Assembly (NCBI GenBank): GCA_051294375.1
Contig: CM119270.1
Coordinates: 18,291,166 to 18,333,921 of the forward strand
Reading direction: 5' to 3'
DNA: 42,756 nucleotides
Source of the DNA: Paraspadella gotoi
Taxonomy: Eukaryota; Animalia; Chaetognatha
The notes beneath the pieces are model-generated. The model was not told where the DNA came from. It did no database searches and saw only the letters and a list, made by a program, of their open reading frames with translations. Made by a program: the position numbers and the translations under genes. This document shows, in pieces, positions 12,124 to 27,100 of the stretch. Every line of letters starts with the position of its first letter. Position 1 is the first letter of the stretch.

Positions 12124-14009
12124 AAGAAAGAAAAAGAAAACAGAAAAGACGGAAGGAAAAGGAAAGAAACAGGAAAGAAAGACAGACGGTCAAACCAAAG
12201 AGGACGAGGAAAGGAAGAAGAGATGAACAAGAAAAAAAAAGGTTACGGAGGAAATGGAAAGCGAAAGAAAAGGAAAAACAAAATCCTAGCATGGGACCGG
12301 AGTGCGTTCCACACGTCCAGAAAGAAGACCGAAAGCATAAGAGCAAAAGATAAATTCCGAGGACCGGAGGGCGAAACAACGGACAAAGAAAGATCAAAGA
12401 AAATGGACGGAGGAAAGGAGACAAAAAAGAAAAAGAAAAGGTCCACGGGAGGAAAGGATAAGAAAAAAAGAAAACAAAAGAAATCCAGACAGCGCACTGG
12501 ACGTGGTGGAAAAACAACAAAAATATAATTAAACAATTAAAAGGGACGGACTGGGACAAGAGACACAGAGAAAGAACAAAGAAGAAAGAAAAGGGTAAAG
12601 GAAACAAAAGAATACCAATAAAAATAAGAAGGGCTCACGGCAGCCGAAAGGAAAAGGAAAAAAAAGCTACAAACACGAAAACGGTCGGCGTTTAGAAGAA
12701 ACGAAAAGAAAAAAACCTAACAATTAAACCGGATCGGAGTGGTGACCAAACGCAAAGCGAAAGAAAAGAAAAAGGGAAAAAGCGGACAGAGGAAAGGAAA
12801 GACAAAAAAAGAAAAAGAAAAGGACAGCAAGCGAAAGGGAACAGAAAGAACAAGCAAAAGAAAAAAGGTCTGACAGAGGAAAGCGAAAGAAAGAAACAGA
12901 ATAAGGTACGGCAGGACACGGAAAGGTAAGAAGGAAAAGACAAAAGAAAAAGGCGATGGCAGGACAAGAAAAGAAATAAATAAAACTAAAAGGGACGGCA
13001 CGGAAAGGAAGGAAAGACAAGAAACAAGAAAAGGGCACGGGAGGAAAGGAAAGAAAGAAAAAAAAAAGAAAAAGGTGACGGCAGGAAAGGAAAGGCAAAA
13101 AGAAAAGTACGGAGGAATGGAAAGAAAGAAAAGAAAAAGACAAAGGCGATGGAGGAAAGAAAAGAAATCAAAATTAAAAATACAAAGCGGACGGAGGGAA
13201 ATGGGAAAGAAAGAAAAGAAAAAGAAAAGGACGGAAGGGAAGGACAAGAAATGAAAAGAAAAAAGAAAAGGCAAAGAAAGAAAGACAAAAAGAACAAAGA
13301 AAAGCGACGGAACGGAAAGGAAAGCAGAGGCCGAGGAGGAGGTGAGGAAAAACAATGGCGTGAAAAACGGCTGCAAAGATAACAAAAGAAAAGAAGGGTG
13401 TTGTGAAGAAAGAGGAGAACATTTCATAAGTGGTTGTAGAAAAAAATGTAATCTTTACTTTAATACTGCTTTATAATAACCTTTACTAAAATGATATGCT
13501 TTTTTTCCGGCCATATTCCCCTGCTGACATACGTGACCTTCTTTACCGGATCGTACCCTCGTTAAGGAAACTTATTTCTAGCCGGCGCATGCCTCGCTTA
13601 GGTGCTTGCACGAGTGGTCACAGGTCAGTGACCACTTCGCCCTTTTTTCCCTACCGAGTACCTTTTAACGGATTCTACGCCAAGAACTGACCTCTTCGCC
13701 GGATTTTCTCTGCTAAAGACTGACCGCTTTGCCGGATCCCTCTACTAAGAACTGAAATCTGCCGGTTTTACCGCCAAGGACCGACCTCTTTGCCGGTGAT
13801 TCTCCTAGCCAAGAATTGAACCCTTTGTCGCCATTCTCTTGCGAGTACTGACCTCTGCCGGTTTTTTCTTCCCCTCTGACTCCTTCGCCTCCCAAAGAAG
13901 ATTTTCTCGGATAACACGACTTTTCACTTCCGTTCTATCTCACCTCTCTCTACTCCTCTCTCTCATCTCTCTCGTCTCCTCTCTCTCTCTCTCTCTATCT
14001 CCTCTTCCT

Positions 14010-14055
<46 letters not shown>

Positions 14056-14056
14056 A

Positions 14057-14102
<46 letters not shown>

Positions 14103-17100
14103 CTCCTCTCTCTCTCTCTCTCTCTTCAAAAAAGGCCTCCTTGGAGTCCCTTTGCTCCCGAAGAAAACGACGGCAGCAAAACACAACAAACAACAACATT
14201 TTAAATATTAACTTTCGCCTTATTGTCTATTTTTATCTCGGCTCAATAGTAACAAAATAAACAAATAAAACACACAGGCAAATTATTAACGATAAGATGA
14301 ATTTATTTTATTTTTTTTTTGAATCAACGAATTTTTTTTTTTTTTTCGCTTGATGATATACAAGAAGTATAGCACAAAAAAACAATTTCTATTCAGTGAA
14401 TGATATCAAAACAAAAAAAAAAAGAAAGAGAGACGAGAACGGTGAAGGAATTCTCTAAACTAGCAATAAATACTTTTTTTTTCTCTAGATTCGGCTCCAT
14501 TAGTAGTAGCATGTATCTGCTTAATGATTATATTCCTGTTTTTTGTTGGTTTTTTTTTTGTTTTTTTTTTTGTTTGTTTTTTTAAAATCGTGGATATGAG
14601 CGAAACTAAACGTATAGAAATGAAAAAAATTAAGAAAAAATATTCAAAATAAAAAATTGAAACTGTATTTTGTTTGAAAGAAAAAAAGTGATTATTTCTC
14701 TAAAAATGATGCGATGAAGACAAAGAAATTGTTTTTTTTTATTTGTTTGCTTGATGCTCTTCCTTAATTGAAAAAAAAAACCAAAAAACAAACGCGCGCG
14801 AATTAAATTAAAGTTCGTTTGGTGAAGATTAAATTCTTAGTAGGAATCATTTCAAATCGATTGTTAATTTCTACCTTTTGTATTTACTTTTCGTAAAACA
14901 TCTTTAAAATAAAGACGGAAAACTATCAAAATCTTAATATCATTATTGTCACTTATAAAAAAAACGGTAACTTTAAATTTTAAAAAAGTTTAATTTTTTT
15001 AAATTAGTAATGAATATCAATTTTTAAAATGAAGTTTCCACCAAGTTACAAGTATTCGACACGAATAATCCTTTGTTATTGCCATCGTTTAAATGTCGCA
15101 CTAATAATCAACACGCGATTAAAAAAGATACCAATGTTTTTGTTAATTTATTTTTTTTTTTGCAAAAAAAATAAAAGTATAGAAAAGTGCACTAAACGAA
15201 AACACGAGACTTTTTTTTTTTTTTTAAAGCCGATAAGTGAACAAAAATGTAACAAATACTGTATCTTTAAAATGTTAATGTTTAAAAAAAAGAAAACATT
15301 TACAAACGAGAATCTCTGTAATCCGAATGCAAATAAGATTCAAATTTCTTTTTATTTTTTAGTTATTGTAATAATTTATTATATTCAAATGCATAAATTA
15401 AGATTCGTTATTGAAGGAAAGACCTTTTAAAAATATCTTTCATACTTTCCGAATTTAATCTTTAAACATCACTGCCACACCTCCAATAAATGCAGAATAT
15501 TTGAAATATCTATTTCCGTCATAAACTAAAAAAAAAATTATGGTTCTTATTACATTTTTAGAGAAAACAAAATAAAAATGCACTGAATATTCTGTTATCA
15601 CAATCTATGGCACAATATATTGTGTACTTCACAATTTTGGCGTAACAAAGATCAATGTGAATAAGTTTCGAACGTAATTTGTAACATAGTTGTCTTCAGA
15701 TTCAATGATTATTGCACTTTCTGGCAGAAATTGAAAACCTAAAAATATAGGCGAGCGGAAGCGAACGACGCTTCCTCGTAGAGCAGACAATTTTCAGCTC
15801 TCGAAGGAAAAAAGTTCTGTACAAACAAATTCACAATTTGAAATTAGACAGAATTCGACTAGATAAATTATTAATCATTATGCGCTGAAAGTTCGGCCGC
15901 TATATATACAAGTGAGAGATAGGGAAAGAAAGAGAGAGAAAGAGAGAGAGGAGAGAGAGGGAGAGGGAGGAAGGCCGAGAAGAAAGAGAAATACATAGAT
16001 GCTGTACATTCGTGAAAAAAAATTGCGTTTGAACGACGTTAGGAGAGAGAGAGACAAATATGTTTTTTTTTCTCCAAAATTCATCTATAAAACATCAAAG
16101 TTATTTAATTTTATTATTTATTTATCTTGGATTTTAAATAAAATATTGGCTTATACGACGACACAAATTTCTCTCTCGCATGTCATTCACGAATGAACGT
16201 GAAATATTTTTGAGATTCTTCAAATTTGACCGCCTTTTATCTGATGGGTTACGTTTGTGATGGATACATGGGATGTATGATCTCGACGAAAGTGGGTATG
16301 CTATGATCCTGTTCACCGTCAGGGGGTGGGGTTGAATGCTAAATGATTTTCTTTGGAAAGGTGGGTCTAAAGAGGTGCTCCGGCAGGTGGAGAACCAAAT
16401 TATAAAAACAAAACAAAAAAAAACAAAAACAAACAAAAAACTTATAGCGTACGAAAAGTTGACGCGCGAAAAATTTATGGATGTGACCTCTTAAACTCTC
16501 TTGAAAAAATGTAAATGTCCGTTTGCTGTCTTGATGAAAATGATACAAATAGTTTCACAATTAAGACAGATTTGCTTGTGCAAAGAATATTTTTTTTTTG
16601 CGAAGGTTTGAAGTCGGAAAAAAAGTAGGGACAAAGTTCTGATTTGAAGAGTAGTCCTGAATTCTAATTTTCAATCTGAGAGTCGGTGGATAGCGAGGGA
16701 GGAGAGAGAGAGAAGAGAGAGAGAGAGAGAGGAGAGAGACGAGGAGAGAGAGAGAGAGGAGAAGAGAGAGAGAAGAGAAGGGGTCTTTAGGGTAAACGAG
16801 CGCCGGCAAAAATGGGAGTGGGCCAAATAAAAGGGAGGAAAGGAAGACGGGTCATACAGACAGTTCGTTGCGTGTTTCACTGTCGCGTAGTTTTGTGATT
16901 GTTTTTGGCGGATTCTACGCTAAAAAGAAAGTTTTGGAAAAAAAAAAGAAACTTGAAAAACTATAATAAAGTTATATATTATTAGTATATATTATATATA
17001 TTATATTATATAGGTATATATAATATAGTTATTCTATATCAAAGAGAAAAATGAAGCCGAAACTAAAATCGAAAAAAATCTTTTTTCAAAAAAAAAATTT

Positions 17101-18190
17101 TTGGACTACAATCCTACAGTGAAATGCTCGGTTTTAATAAAATCATAATATGTATGTTCATTATTATTAGTACGATGAGACAAAGAAAAAATTAACTGCG
17201 ATGATAATCACGAAAAGGAAAGAAAAAAAGAAAAAATTCTAAATGGCGAAACAATAAATAAATAAATTAATATATTTTCGTTTGTTTAATTCGTCGTCCG
17301 TCGCTCTTTTGTTTTTCAACAAACAATTTCGCAATTAAAAAATAAATAAAAAAAAGTTGAGACAATAGGATTGCAAGGGGGGGGGGACGGCGCTCATGCA
17401 GTCCGAACGCGCCCTGGACGCCGCTCTCTCTCTATCTCTCTCTACTTAAAAAAAAAAGAGAGAAGAGCGACTTCAGTGCGACGGCGATTAATTTCTCAGT
17501 TAAAAAAAAACACAAAAAAAAAATCGACGTCAATTTAAAAAAAACCGGCGCGTCGGCGCTGCTCAAACTTTAGATCCGAAACGCGCGCTTTCTTGAGAAT
17601 ACAAAAAAAAAGAAAGAAGCGCGCGCGGCGCTACGAAACCGGCGCCAACGAGACCGGTCAGCGCTCTTCCTTCAAACAAGATCCACGGCGCCGCATGGCG
17701 GACGTTTTGAATCTTTCTCCGCCGCTGCTGCTGCTGCGGAACTTTCCGGCGTCGTGATGCGGCGGCGGCGGCGGCGCCATCATGTTATCGGCGGCGATGT
17801 TGGCGGTCATGGCGGTCATGTTGGGACCCCCCGTCGACGAAGTGGTGGGGGGGTGGTGATGAGGGTGGTGATGGTGGTCGACGCCGTTTACTGACGCCGT
17901 GTCCAACGCCACCAGCTTCCGCCTGTTTGTCCGCGTTCAACTTCAGATAAATTTGCCCTATTTGAGGGGGGGGGGAGTTTTGAAGCGGTGGTGGCGGTGC
18001 CAGGGGGGGGAGTAGGGGAAGGGGTCGGGGTTGTGGGGAGGGGGTGGGGTGGCGAAGAGTTGGTCGGTTGGAGTTTTTGCGGAAATGTGGCGGCGCTGGG
18101 GCCGCCCACCGATTGGTGGAGACGGGCAAGGAATGCAAAAGGAAAAAAACCAAAAAAAGAAAGGGACAGGGGGAAAGAGGAAAAAAAAAA
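12124..18190 (-). repeat. Inverted duplicate of the ~5.8-10.3 kb / 18.2-23.7 kb block (left arm of giant palindrome)
   Basis: Reverse complement matches throughout, e.g. 17901-17913 gtccaacgccacc vs 18194 ggtggcgttggac and 13617 gtcacaggtcagtgaccac vs 22369 gtggtcactgacctgtgac; quality decays towards the gap at 12123. Confidence 0.93.
17672..17957 (-). CDS. Inverted duplicate of the His/Pro-rich terminal exon
   Basis: Reverse complement of 6014-6303 with indels. Confidence 0.45.
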
Positions 18191-18193
18191 AGA

Positions 18194-18433
18194 GGTGGCG
18201 TTGGACACGGCGTCAGTAACGGCGTCGACCACCATCACCACCCTCATCACCACCCCCACCACTTCGTCGACGGGGGTCCCAACATGACCGCCATGACCGC
18301 CAACATCGCCGCCGATAACATGATGGCGCCGCCGCCGCCGCCGCATCACGACGCCGGAAAGTTCCGCAGCAGCAGCAGCGGCGGAGGAAAGATTCAAAAC
18401 GTCCGCCCATCGGCGCCGTCGGATCTTGTTTGA
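18194..18433 (+). CDS. Third copy of the His/Pro-rich terminal exon (5' truncated)
   Basis: ORF 18044..18433 ends ...HHHHPHHHPHHFVDGGPNMTAM...RPSAPSDLV*. Confidence 0.45.
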   Translation, partial: GGVGHGVSNGVDHHHHPHHHPHHFVDGGPNMTAMTANIAADNMMAPPPPPHHDAGKFRSSSSGGGKIQNVRPSAPSDLV

Positions 18434-19321
18434 AGGAAGAGCGCTGCCGGTCTCGTTGGCGCCGGTTTCGTAGCGCCGGCCGCGCCTTCTTTCTTTTTTT
18501 TTGTATTCTCAAGAGAGCGCCGTTTCGGATCTAAGTTTGAGCAGCGCCGACGCGCCGGTTTTTTTAAAAATTGACGTCGATTTTTTTTGTGTTTTTTTTT
18601 TACTGAGAAATTAATCGCCGTCGCACTGAAGTCGCTCCTCTCTTTTTTTTTTAAGTAGAGAGAGATAGAGAGAGAGCGGCGTCCAGGGCGCGTTCGGACT
18701 GCATGAGCCCGTCCCGACCCCCCCCTTGCAATCCATTGTCTCAACGTTTTTTTAATTTATTTTTTAATTGCGAAATTGTTTGTTGAAAACAAAAGACGAC
18801 GACGACGACGAATTTAAACAAACGAAAATATATTAATTTATTTATTTATTGTTTCGCCATTTAGAATTTTTACTTTTTTCTTTTCCTCTTTCGTGATTAT
18901 CATCGCAGTTAATTTTTCTTTGTCTCATCGTACTAATAATAATGAACATACATATTATGATTTATTAAAACCGCATTTCTACTGTAGGACTTGTAGTCCA
19001 AAAATTTTTTTTTTGAAAAAAAGATTTTTTCGATTTTAGTTTCGGCTTCATTTTTCTCTTTGATATAGAATAACTATATTATATATAACTATATATATAA
19101 TATATAGTTTATAATATATACTAATAATATATAACTTTATTATAGTTTTTCAAGTTTCTTTTTTTTTCTCCAAACTTTCTTTTTACGTAGAATCCGCCAA
19201 AAACAATCACAAACTACGCGACAGTAAACACTGCACGAACTGTCTGTATGACCCAGTCTTCCTTTCCCTCCCTTTTATTTGGCCCACTCCCCATTTTTGC
19301 CGGCGCTCGTTTACCTAAAGC

Positions 19322-19399
<78 letters not shown>

Positions 19400-21942
19400 C
19401 CTCGCGCTATCCACCGACTCTCAGATTGAAAATTAGAATTCAGGACTACTCTTCAAATCAGAACTTTGTCCCTACTTTTTCCGACTTCAAACCTTCGCAA
19501 AAAAAAAAATATTCTTTGCACAAGCAAATCTGTCTTAATTGTGAAACTATTTGTATCATTTTCATCAAGACAAAACGGACATTTACATTTTTTCAAGAGA
19601 GTTTAAGAGTCACATCCATAAATTTTTCGCGCGTCAACTTTTCGTACGCTATAAAGTTTTTTGTTTGTTTTTGTTTTTTTGTTTTTTTTTAATTTGGTTC
19701 TCCACCTGCCGGAGCACCTCTTTAGACCCACCTTTCCAAAGAAAATCATTTAGCATTCAACCCCACCCCCCTGACGGTGAACAGGATCATAGCATAGCCC
19801 ACTTTCTCGAGATCATAGCATATCCCATTTATCCCATCACAACGTAACCCATCAGATAAAAGGCGGTCAAATTTGAAGAATCTCAAAAATATTTCACGTT
19901 CATTCGTGAATGACATGCGAGAGAAAATTTTGTCGTCGTATAAGCCAATATTTTATTTAAAATCCAAGATAAATAAATAAATAAATAAATAACTTTGATG
20001 TTTTATAGATGAATTTTGGAGAAAAAAAAACATATTTGTCTCTCTCTCTCTAACGTCGTTCACAACGCAATTTTTTTTCACGAATGTACAGCATCTATGT
20101 ATTTCTCTCTCTTTCGCCCTTCCTCCCTCTCCCTCTCTCTCCCTCTCTCTCTTTCTCTCTCTTTCTTCCCTATCTCTCACTTGTATATATAGCGGCCGAA
20201 CTTTCAGCGCATAATGATTAATAATTTATCTAGTCGAATTCTGTCTAATTTCAAATTGTGAATTTGTTTGTACAGAACTTTTTTCCTTCGAGACTGAAAA
20301 TTGTCTGCCTCTACGAGGAAGCGTCGTTCGCTTCCGCTCGCCTATATTTTTAGGTTTTCAATTTCTGCCAGAAAGTGCAATAATCATTGAATCTGAAGAC
20401 AACTATGTTACAAATTACGTTCCGAAACTTATTCACATTGATCTTTGTTACGCCAAAATTGTGATGTACAATATATTGTGCCATAGATTGTGATAACAGA
20501 ATATTCAGTGCATTTTATTTTTTGTTTTCCTCTAAAAATGTAATAAGAACCATAATTTTTTTTTAGTTTATGACGGAAATAGATATTTCAAATATTCTGC
20601 ATTATTGGAGGTTGGCAGTGATGTTTAAAGATTAAATTCGGAAAGTATGAAAGATATTTTAAAAGGTCCTTTCCTTCAATAACGATCTTAATTATGCATT
20701 TGAATATAATAAATTATTACAATAACTAAAAAATAAAAAGAAATTTGAATCTTATTTGCATTCGGATTACAAGATTCTCGTTTGTAATGTTTTCTTTTTT
20801 TTAACATAACATTTTAAAGATACAGTATTTGTTACATTTTTGTTCACTTATCGGCTTTAAAAAAAAATTAAAAAAGTCTCGTGTTTCGTTTAGTGCACTT
20901 TTCTATACTTTTATTTTTTTTGCAAAAAAAAAAATAATTAACAAAAACATTGGTATCTTTTTTAATCGCTGTTGATTATTTTGAGTGCGACATTTAAACG
21001 ATGGCAATAACAAAGGATTATTCGTGTCGAATACTTGTAACTTGGTGGAACTTCATTTTAAATTGATATTCATTACTAATTAAAAAAAATTAAACTTTTT
21101 AAAATTTAAAGTTACCGTTTTTATAAAGTGACAATAATGATATTAAGATTTTGATAGTTTTCCGTCTTTATTTTAAAAGTGTTACGAAAAAGTAAATACA
21201 AAAGGTAGAAATTAACATCGATTTGAAATGATTCCTACTAAGAATTTAATCTTCACCAAACGAACTTTAATTTAATTCGCGCGTTTGTTTTTTGGTTTTT
21301 TTTTTTTCAATTAAGGAAAGCATCAAGCAAACAAATAAAAAAAAACACATTTCTTTGTCTTCATCGCATCATTTTTAGAGAAATAATCACTTTTTTTCTT
21401 CATCAAAAATACAGTTTCAATTTTTATTTTGAATATTTTTTTCTTAATTTTTCATTTTCTATACGTTTAGTTTCGCTCATATCCACGATTTTAAAAAAAC
21501 AAAACAAAAAAAAACAAAACAAAAAAAACCAACAAAAAACAGGAATATAATCATTACAGATACATGCTACTACTAATGGAGCCGAATCTAGAGAAAAAAA
21601 AAGTATTTATTGCTAGTTTAGAGAATTCCTTCACCGTTCTCTCTCTCTTTCTCTTTTTTTTTGTTTTGATATCATTCACTAATAGAAATTGTTTTTGTGC
21701 TACTTCTTGTATATCATCAAGCGAACAAAAAAAAAAAATTCGTTGATTCAAAAAAAAAAATAAAATAAATTCATCTTATCGTTAATAATTTGCCTGTGTG
21801 TTTATTTGTTTATTTGTTACTATTGAGCCGAGATAAAAATAGAATAAGGCGAAAGTTAGATATTTAAAATGTTGTTGTTGTTGTTGTTTTGCTGCCGTCG
21901 TTTTCTTCGGGAGCAAAAGGGACTCCAAGGGGGCCTTTTTTT

Positions 21943-22069
<127 letters not shown>

Positions 22070-22659
22070 GAGATAGAAACGGAAGTGAAAAGTCGTGTTA
22101 TCCGAGAAAATCTTCTTTGGAGGCGAAGGAGTCAGAGGGGAAAGAAAAACCGGCAGAGGTCAGTACTCGGCAGAGAATCCGGCAAAGGGTTCAATTCTTG
22201 GCAGAGAATCCGGCAAAGAGGTCGGTCCTTGGCGGTAAAACCGGCAGATTTCAGTTCTTAGTAGGGGATCCGGCAAAGCGGTCAGTCTTTAGCAGAGAAA
22301 TCCGGCGAAGAGGTCAGTTCTTGGCGTAGAATCCGGTTAAAAGGTACTCGGTAGGAAAAAAGGGCGAAGTGGTCACTGACCTGTGACCACTAGTCAGCCC
22401 TAAGCGAGGCATCCGGCTAAGAAATAATTCCTTAACAGGGTACATCCGGTAAAGAAGTCAGTATTCAGCAGGGAATATGGCCGGAAAAAAAGTCATATCA
22501 TCTTAGTAAAGTTATTATAAGCAGTATTAAAAATAAAGATTACATTTTTTTCTACACCACTATGAACAGTTTCTCCTCTTTCTTCACAACACGCCTTCTT
22601 TCTTTTTGTTATCTTTCAGCCTTTTTCAGCCATTGTTTTTCCTCACCTTCTCCTCGGCC

Positions 22660-23760
22660 TCTCTTTCCTTTCCTCCGTCCCTTTTCTTTTTCTTTTCTTT
22701 CTTTCCTTTCCTTTTCTTTTTCTTTTCTTTCTTTCCTTTCCTCCGTCCCTTTTCTTTTTCTTTTCTTTCTTTCCTTTCCTCCGTCCCTTTTATTTTTATT
22801 TTATTTCTTTTCTTTCCTCCATCCCTTTTCTTTTTCTTTTCTTTCTTTCNNNNNNNNNNNNNNNNNNNNNNNNNCATTCCTCCGTACCTTTTCTTTCTTT
22901 CTTTCCTTTCCTCCGTCCCTTTTCTTTTTCTTTCTTTCTTTCCTTTCCTCCGTCTTTTTCTTTTTTTTTTCTTTCTTTCCTTTCCTCCGTCCCTTTTCTT
23001 TTTCTTTTCTTTCTTTCCTTTCCTCCGTCCCTTTTATTTTATTTTATTTCTTTTCTTTCCTCCATCCCTTTTCTTTTTCTTTCTTTCTTACCTTTCCTCC
23101 GTACCTTTTCTTTTCTTTCTTTCCTTTCCTCCGTCCCTTTTCTTTTTCTTTTCTTTCTTTCCTTCCTCTGTCCCTTTTCTTTTTCTTTTTTTCTTTCCTT
23201 TCCTCTGTCCCTTTCTTTTCTTTTCTTTCTTTCTTTCTCCGTCCCTTTTAATTTTATTTTATTTCTTTCTTTCTCTACCCTTTTTTTCTTTCTTTCTTTT
23301 CCTTTCCTCCGTCCCTTTTATTTTATTGTATTTCTTTCTTTCCTTTACCTTTTCTTTTTCTTTTCTTTCTTTCCTTTCCTCCGTCCCTTTTATTTTATTT
23401 TATTTTTTCTTCCTCCATCCCTTTCTTTTTTCTTTTTTCTTTCCTTTCCTCCCGTACCTTTTCTTTTCTTTTTTTCCTTTCCTCCGTCCATTTTCTTTTC
23501 TTTCTTTCCTTCCTCCGTCCCTTTCTTTTTCTTTTCTTTCTTTCCTTCCTCCGTCCCTTTTTTTTTCTTTTCTTTCTTCCTTCTCCGTACCTTTTCTTTT
23601 TCTTTTCATTCTTCCTTTCCTCCGTCCTTTTTCTTTTCTTTCTTTCCTTTCCTCCGTCCCTTTTCTTTTTCTTTCTTTCTTTCCTTTCCTCCGTACCTTT
23701 TCTTTCTTTTTCCTTTCCTCGTCCCTTTTCTATTTCTTTTCTTTCTTTCTTCCTCCATCC
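22660..23760. repeat. Polypyrimidine ~38-bp minisatellite upstream of VGAT copy 1
   Basis: Unit approx. CTTTTCTTTTTCTTTTCTTTCTTTCCTTTCCTCCGTCC (ctccgtcc at 22741 and 22779); also at 30360-31240 and as degraded purine-rich reverse complement at 12124-13330. Confidence 0.9.
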
Positions 23761-24199
23761 GTAAAGCGCCTAAAAGGAAAAACTTCGCTGCCTCCAACTC
23801 ATTTTCATCCTCGCAGCTCAAATGGAGGACAACATCAAAAATTCTCTGATTTTTTTTGCAGATGATAATAGTTAAGTTTTTATTGTGTTAATAAATACAC
23901 AATATTCACCATTTTGAAAATTAACCGTTCGATTCTCCAGACGCGGATTAATTGTATTCAGTTAATATGGATATTTTTGTAAAGTTTATGGCAAAGGACC
24001 ACTGATGGAATTCAGGTGAATTATAGATTTCTCGTCAAATGTTTATATCTAATTTCTTTTTAATATTATTCTTCTACTCGGTCAAATACCAATTATCATT
24101 TTGGGTTAGTTTCTAAATTTCTAAATCCTCTCGTCCAATAATTTCAAAGAAACTGCCAAGTTTTCCAAATTTGAAGATGAGACGAATCAAGTTGAAGTC

Positions 24200-27100
24200 A
24201 TGATGAACACACAACAACAACAACAACATGTCTGGAAAAGTGAGTTTTGCTTCAACCGAAATCGTATTTTATTTTAAATTTCATTGAGACGTAATGAAGT
24301 AAAAAGTCTATTATTAATTATTATTAAGTACAACCGCAAGCGGTAAGTTAAAAAAAAAACAATTAATAATACCACGAACTAACAACAGATAAAAGAAAAG
24401 AACAAAACGATGGCCTTTGGCCAATGCCAATGCCAATGCCAATGCCAATGCCAATAGGCCAATGCCAAATTCCAATGCCATCGGCCAATACAGATGAGAT
24501 TACATACAACTTCAAACCAATATTCAAAACCTTTTGTTTCGGTTTGTTTTTTTTCACGATCTTTTGTTCGTATTACTCTTCGCCTCCGACGCGACATCCA
24601 GCGGAGAAGATTCGAAAACGATCCTCCGATAAAATCACGACGTGGGAAGCGGGATGGAACGTGACGAACGCGATCCAGGTTGACTACTGAACGCGTGTTC
24701 GCTACAAAATCTATATATAGCTACTACCCTTATATAATGTCAAAATTTTTTAAATATTTTTTTTAGATTCTGAGAACAGATTCAGATTTCTCGTTAAAAT
24801 TGATAAAAGAAAATATAGATCTTTTTCAAAATTAAGTCATTAAGTAGGTTAAAATTATTAAAAAATACTATATTTTTAAACCGGAAATTGAAAATCAGCG
24901 TCTTCAATATAGTTTTTTTACATTTTAACCAACTTAATGAAATATTTTTTTAAAAAAAGAATTATCCTTTCTTACGTTAACTTTTTGCAAGGAATCCAAA
25001 ATCCGATCTCAAATTTAAAAATTTGCAATTTTAAATTTAGCCTATTATGTACTTAATACTATATCTAAATATAGCTCACTGGTGCCACACCAATGTATAA
25101 AATTAAAAAACAAACATACCAAGTATTTTTAATTGTTTTTTATTTTCACGTTTATATGCTAACTTTAATTTTCTAAAATTTTATAATTTTCACATGACTC
25201 TAGTGACCACATCCTCTCCCATTCACAGGGAATGTTCGTGGTCTCATTTCCTTACGCCGTTCGTCACGGTGGAATCTGGGCCGTCGTCGCTATCGTCGTC
25301 GTCGCCGTCGTTTGTTGCTACACGGGAGAAATTCTCGTCTCGTGCCTCTACGACGCCGAATCGATTCGAGATGGAACCATGGAACCGGCGTCGATGGAAC
25401 CGGCGTCGATGGAACCGACGTCCAGGAGGAGGTCAGTTATATAAACCACCAAAGCCTGTCCAAAGTCAGGGGCAAGATAGCTATTTATTAAATGAATGGA
25501 TAATTTTATATATGTTGTACCAATTTCATAATGAATTAAATAAAATTTAAGTTCTCCTCCTCCTCCTCCTCCTCCTCTGCTCCTATTCACATTGAAACTT
25601 TGTAAACGCCATGTAAGACGATGAAAACGGACAGATAGATAGAACCGAGTCGAATAGACAGATAGACGAATAGACATACGGACGGATAGACAGACCGAGT
25701 CGCGTTTGCCGCCCTGAACAAAAAAAATGCGAATCTCGTCCGTCCGGAATTTTTTGCAGGAATTCGATGAGGAAAAAACGACAGAAACGGCGACCACGGC
25801 AGCGTCGACACCGCCAGGTCCGGCAGCGTCGGCAGCGTCGATGCCGCCAGGTCCGGCAGCGTCGGCGTCGGTTTGGTCCGTCGACGAAAATCCTACGTTG
25901 ATATCGCCGTCGCGGTTTGGGGCGATTATAAAGGGGCGACGCTGGTGAACGGAGCTCAGATGTGGGTGAGGGGCTGAGGTGGGGTGAGGTGCCTCTGGCG
26001 GAACTAATTAGATATTTAGTTTATTAATAATTCGTGATTACAGTTAACTAAAACTAACTGAAAAAAAAAAGAGACTCTAAGAATTAGTGGGAACATTAAA
26101 AGTTCAATACTATTTAACTTTTTTATTAGCCTAATATTAATAACTAATATGCCTATTGAATCAATAGGCATATTAGTTATTAATATTTAGGCTAATATTA
26201 CTTTTTCTTCGTCTCAATCGCATCGACTCCATCCCCCCACCCCCCCATTGCAGAACTCCTCATGACTTGCATCCTCTATCTAGTTCTGTGCGGCGACCTT
26301 CTTGAAGACAGCTTCCGATGCTGCAACTTCGACAATCGACGTGGACTGCATGTGCGTGCGCATGTCTCGTTGCCTTGCGCTTTCATGTCGACGCTCAAGG
26401 GTGGGGATAAAACGGGTTACTGTAAATTGACGATACAGATAATTACATATATGGCGCACTCTTTGTTTTTAGTAATTATTCTTTTCAAAATTCAGAGCGG
26501 TTCCAAGTACATCCTTTTGGGGTGTACCGTCGCCACGTCGTCATCAACTGGTTTTGTTATATTAATGTAATTATTGTTAAAGAAGGAGAAGTGTTAATAA
26601 AAGCTTTCAAAGGTTTTATTTTTTTTCAATGAATTTCAAGTTCTGCGTGATTGGATTTAACGTTTGGTCCTGGGATCACTGACCTGGCACATGCGACATC
26701 ACGAACGCTTTTCCCATCTCTCTTCGGTATTCAATCGACTTTAAAAGTTGATAAAAAATAGTATTTGTGCTAAGTATAAAATAAATGAGAAATTTAGGTT
26801 AGATACGTAGCCCAGCAAACACGGCTCTTTTACGGTCGGCAAACATACTCCCGTCCGATGTATACAAAGCAATTATATAGTATATATATTATAGCTACAC
26901 TAACTCGAAAAGGAATGATTCATGATTTAATTGTCAAAAAAAATATTTTTCACTAAAACCGTTAATCAGGAATCGTCAGTATTTCTTATACTTCCCAAAT
27001 CTTCGTCCTCGAAACTCTCGAGGGAAATTTGAAAAGAACCTCGAGTGCAGTTACGGCCATGAGGCGGTGGACCCACGGGACCGCAAGCCGGGGCCAAAGG

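Noticed and set aside
12095-13427. Long Phe/Leu/Ser- or Lys/Arg/Glu-rich ORFs (also 22562-23865, 30785-31330, 9665-10105, 21869-22329)
   Set aside because: Stop-free read-through of polypyrimidine/purine and GA microsatellites; no domain content.
24424-24600. MPMPMP / ANANAN / QCQCQC N-terminal extensions of VGAT
   Set aside because: Translations of the intronic (GCCAAT)n microsatellite; a phase-compatible acceptor (catccag) lies downstream.
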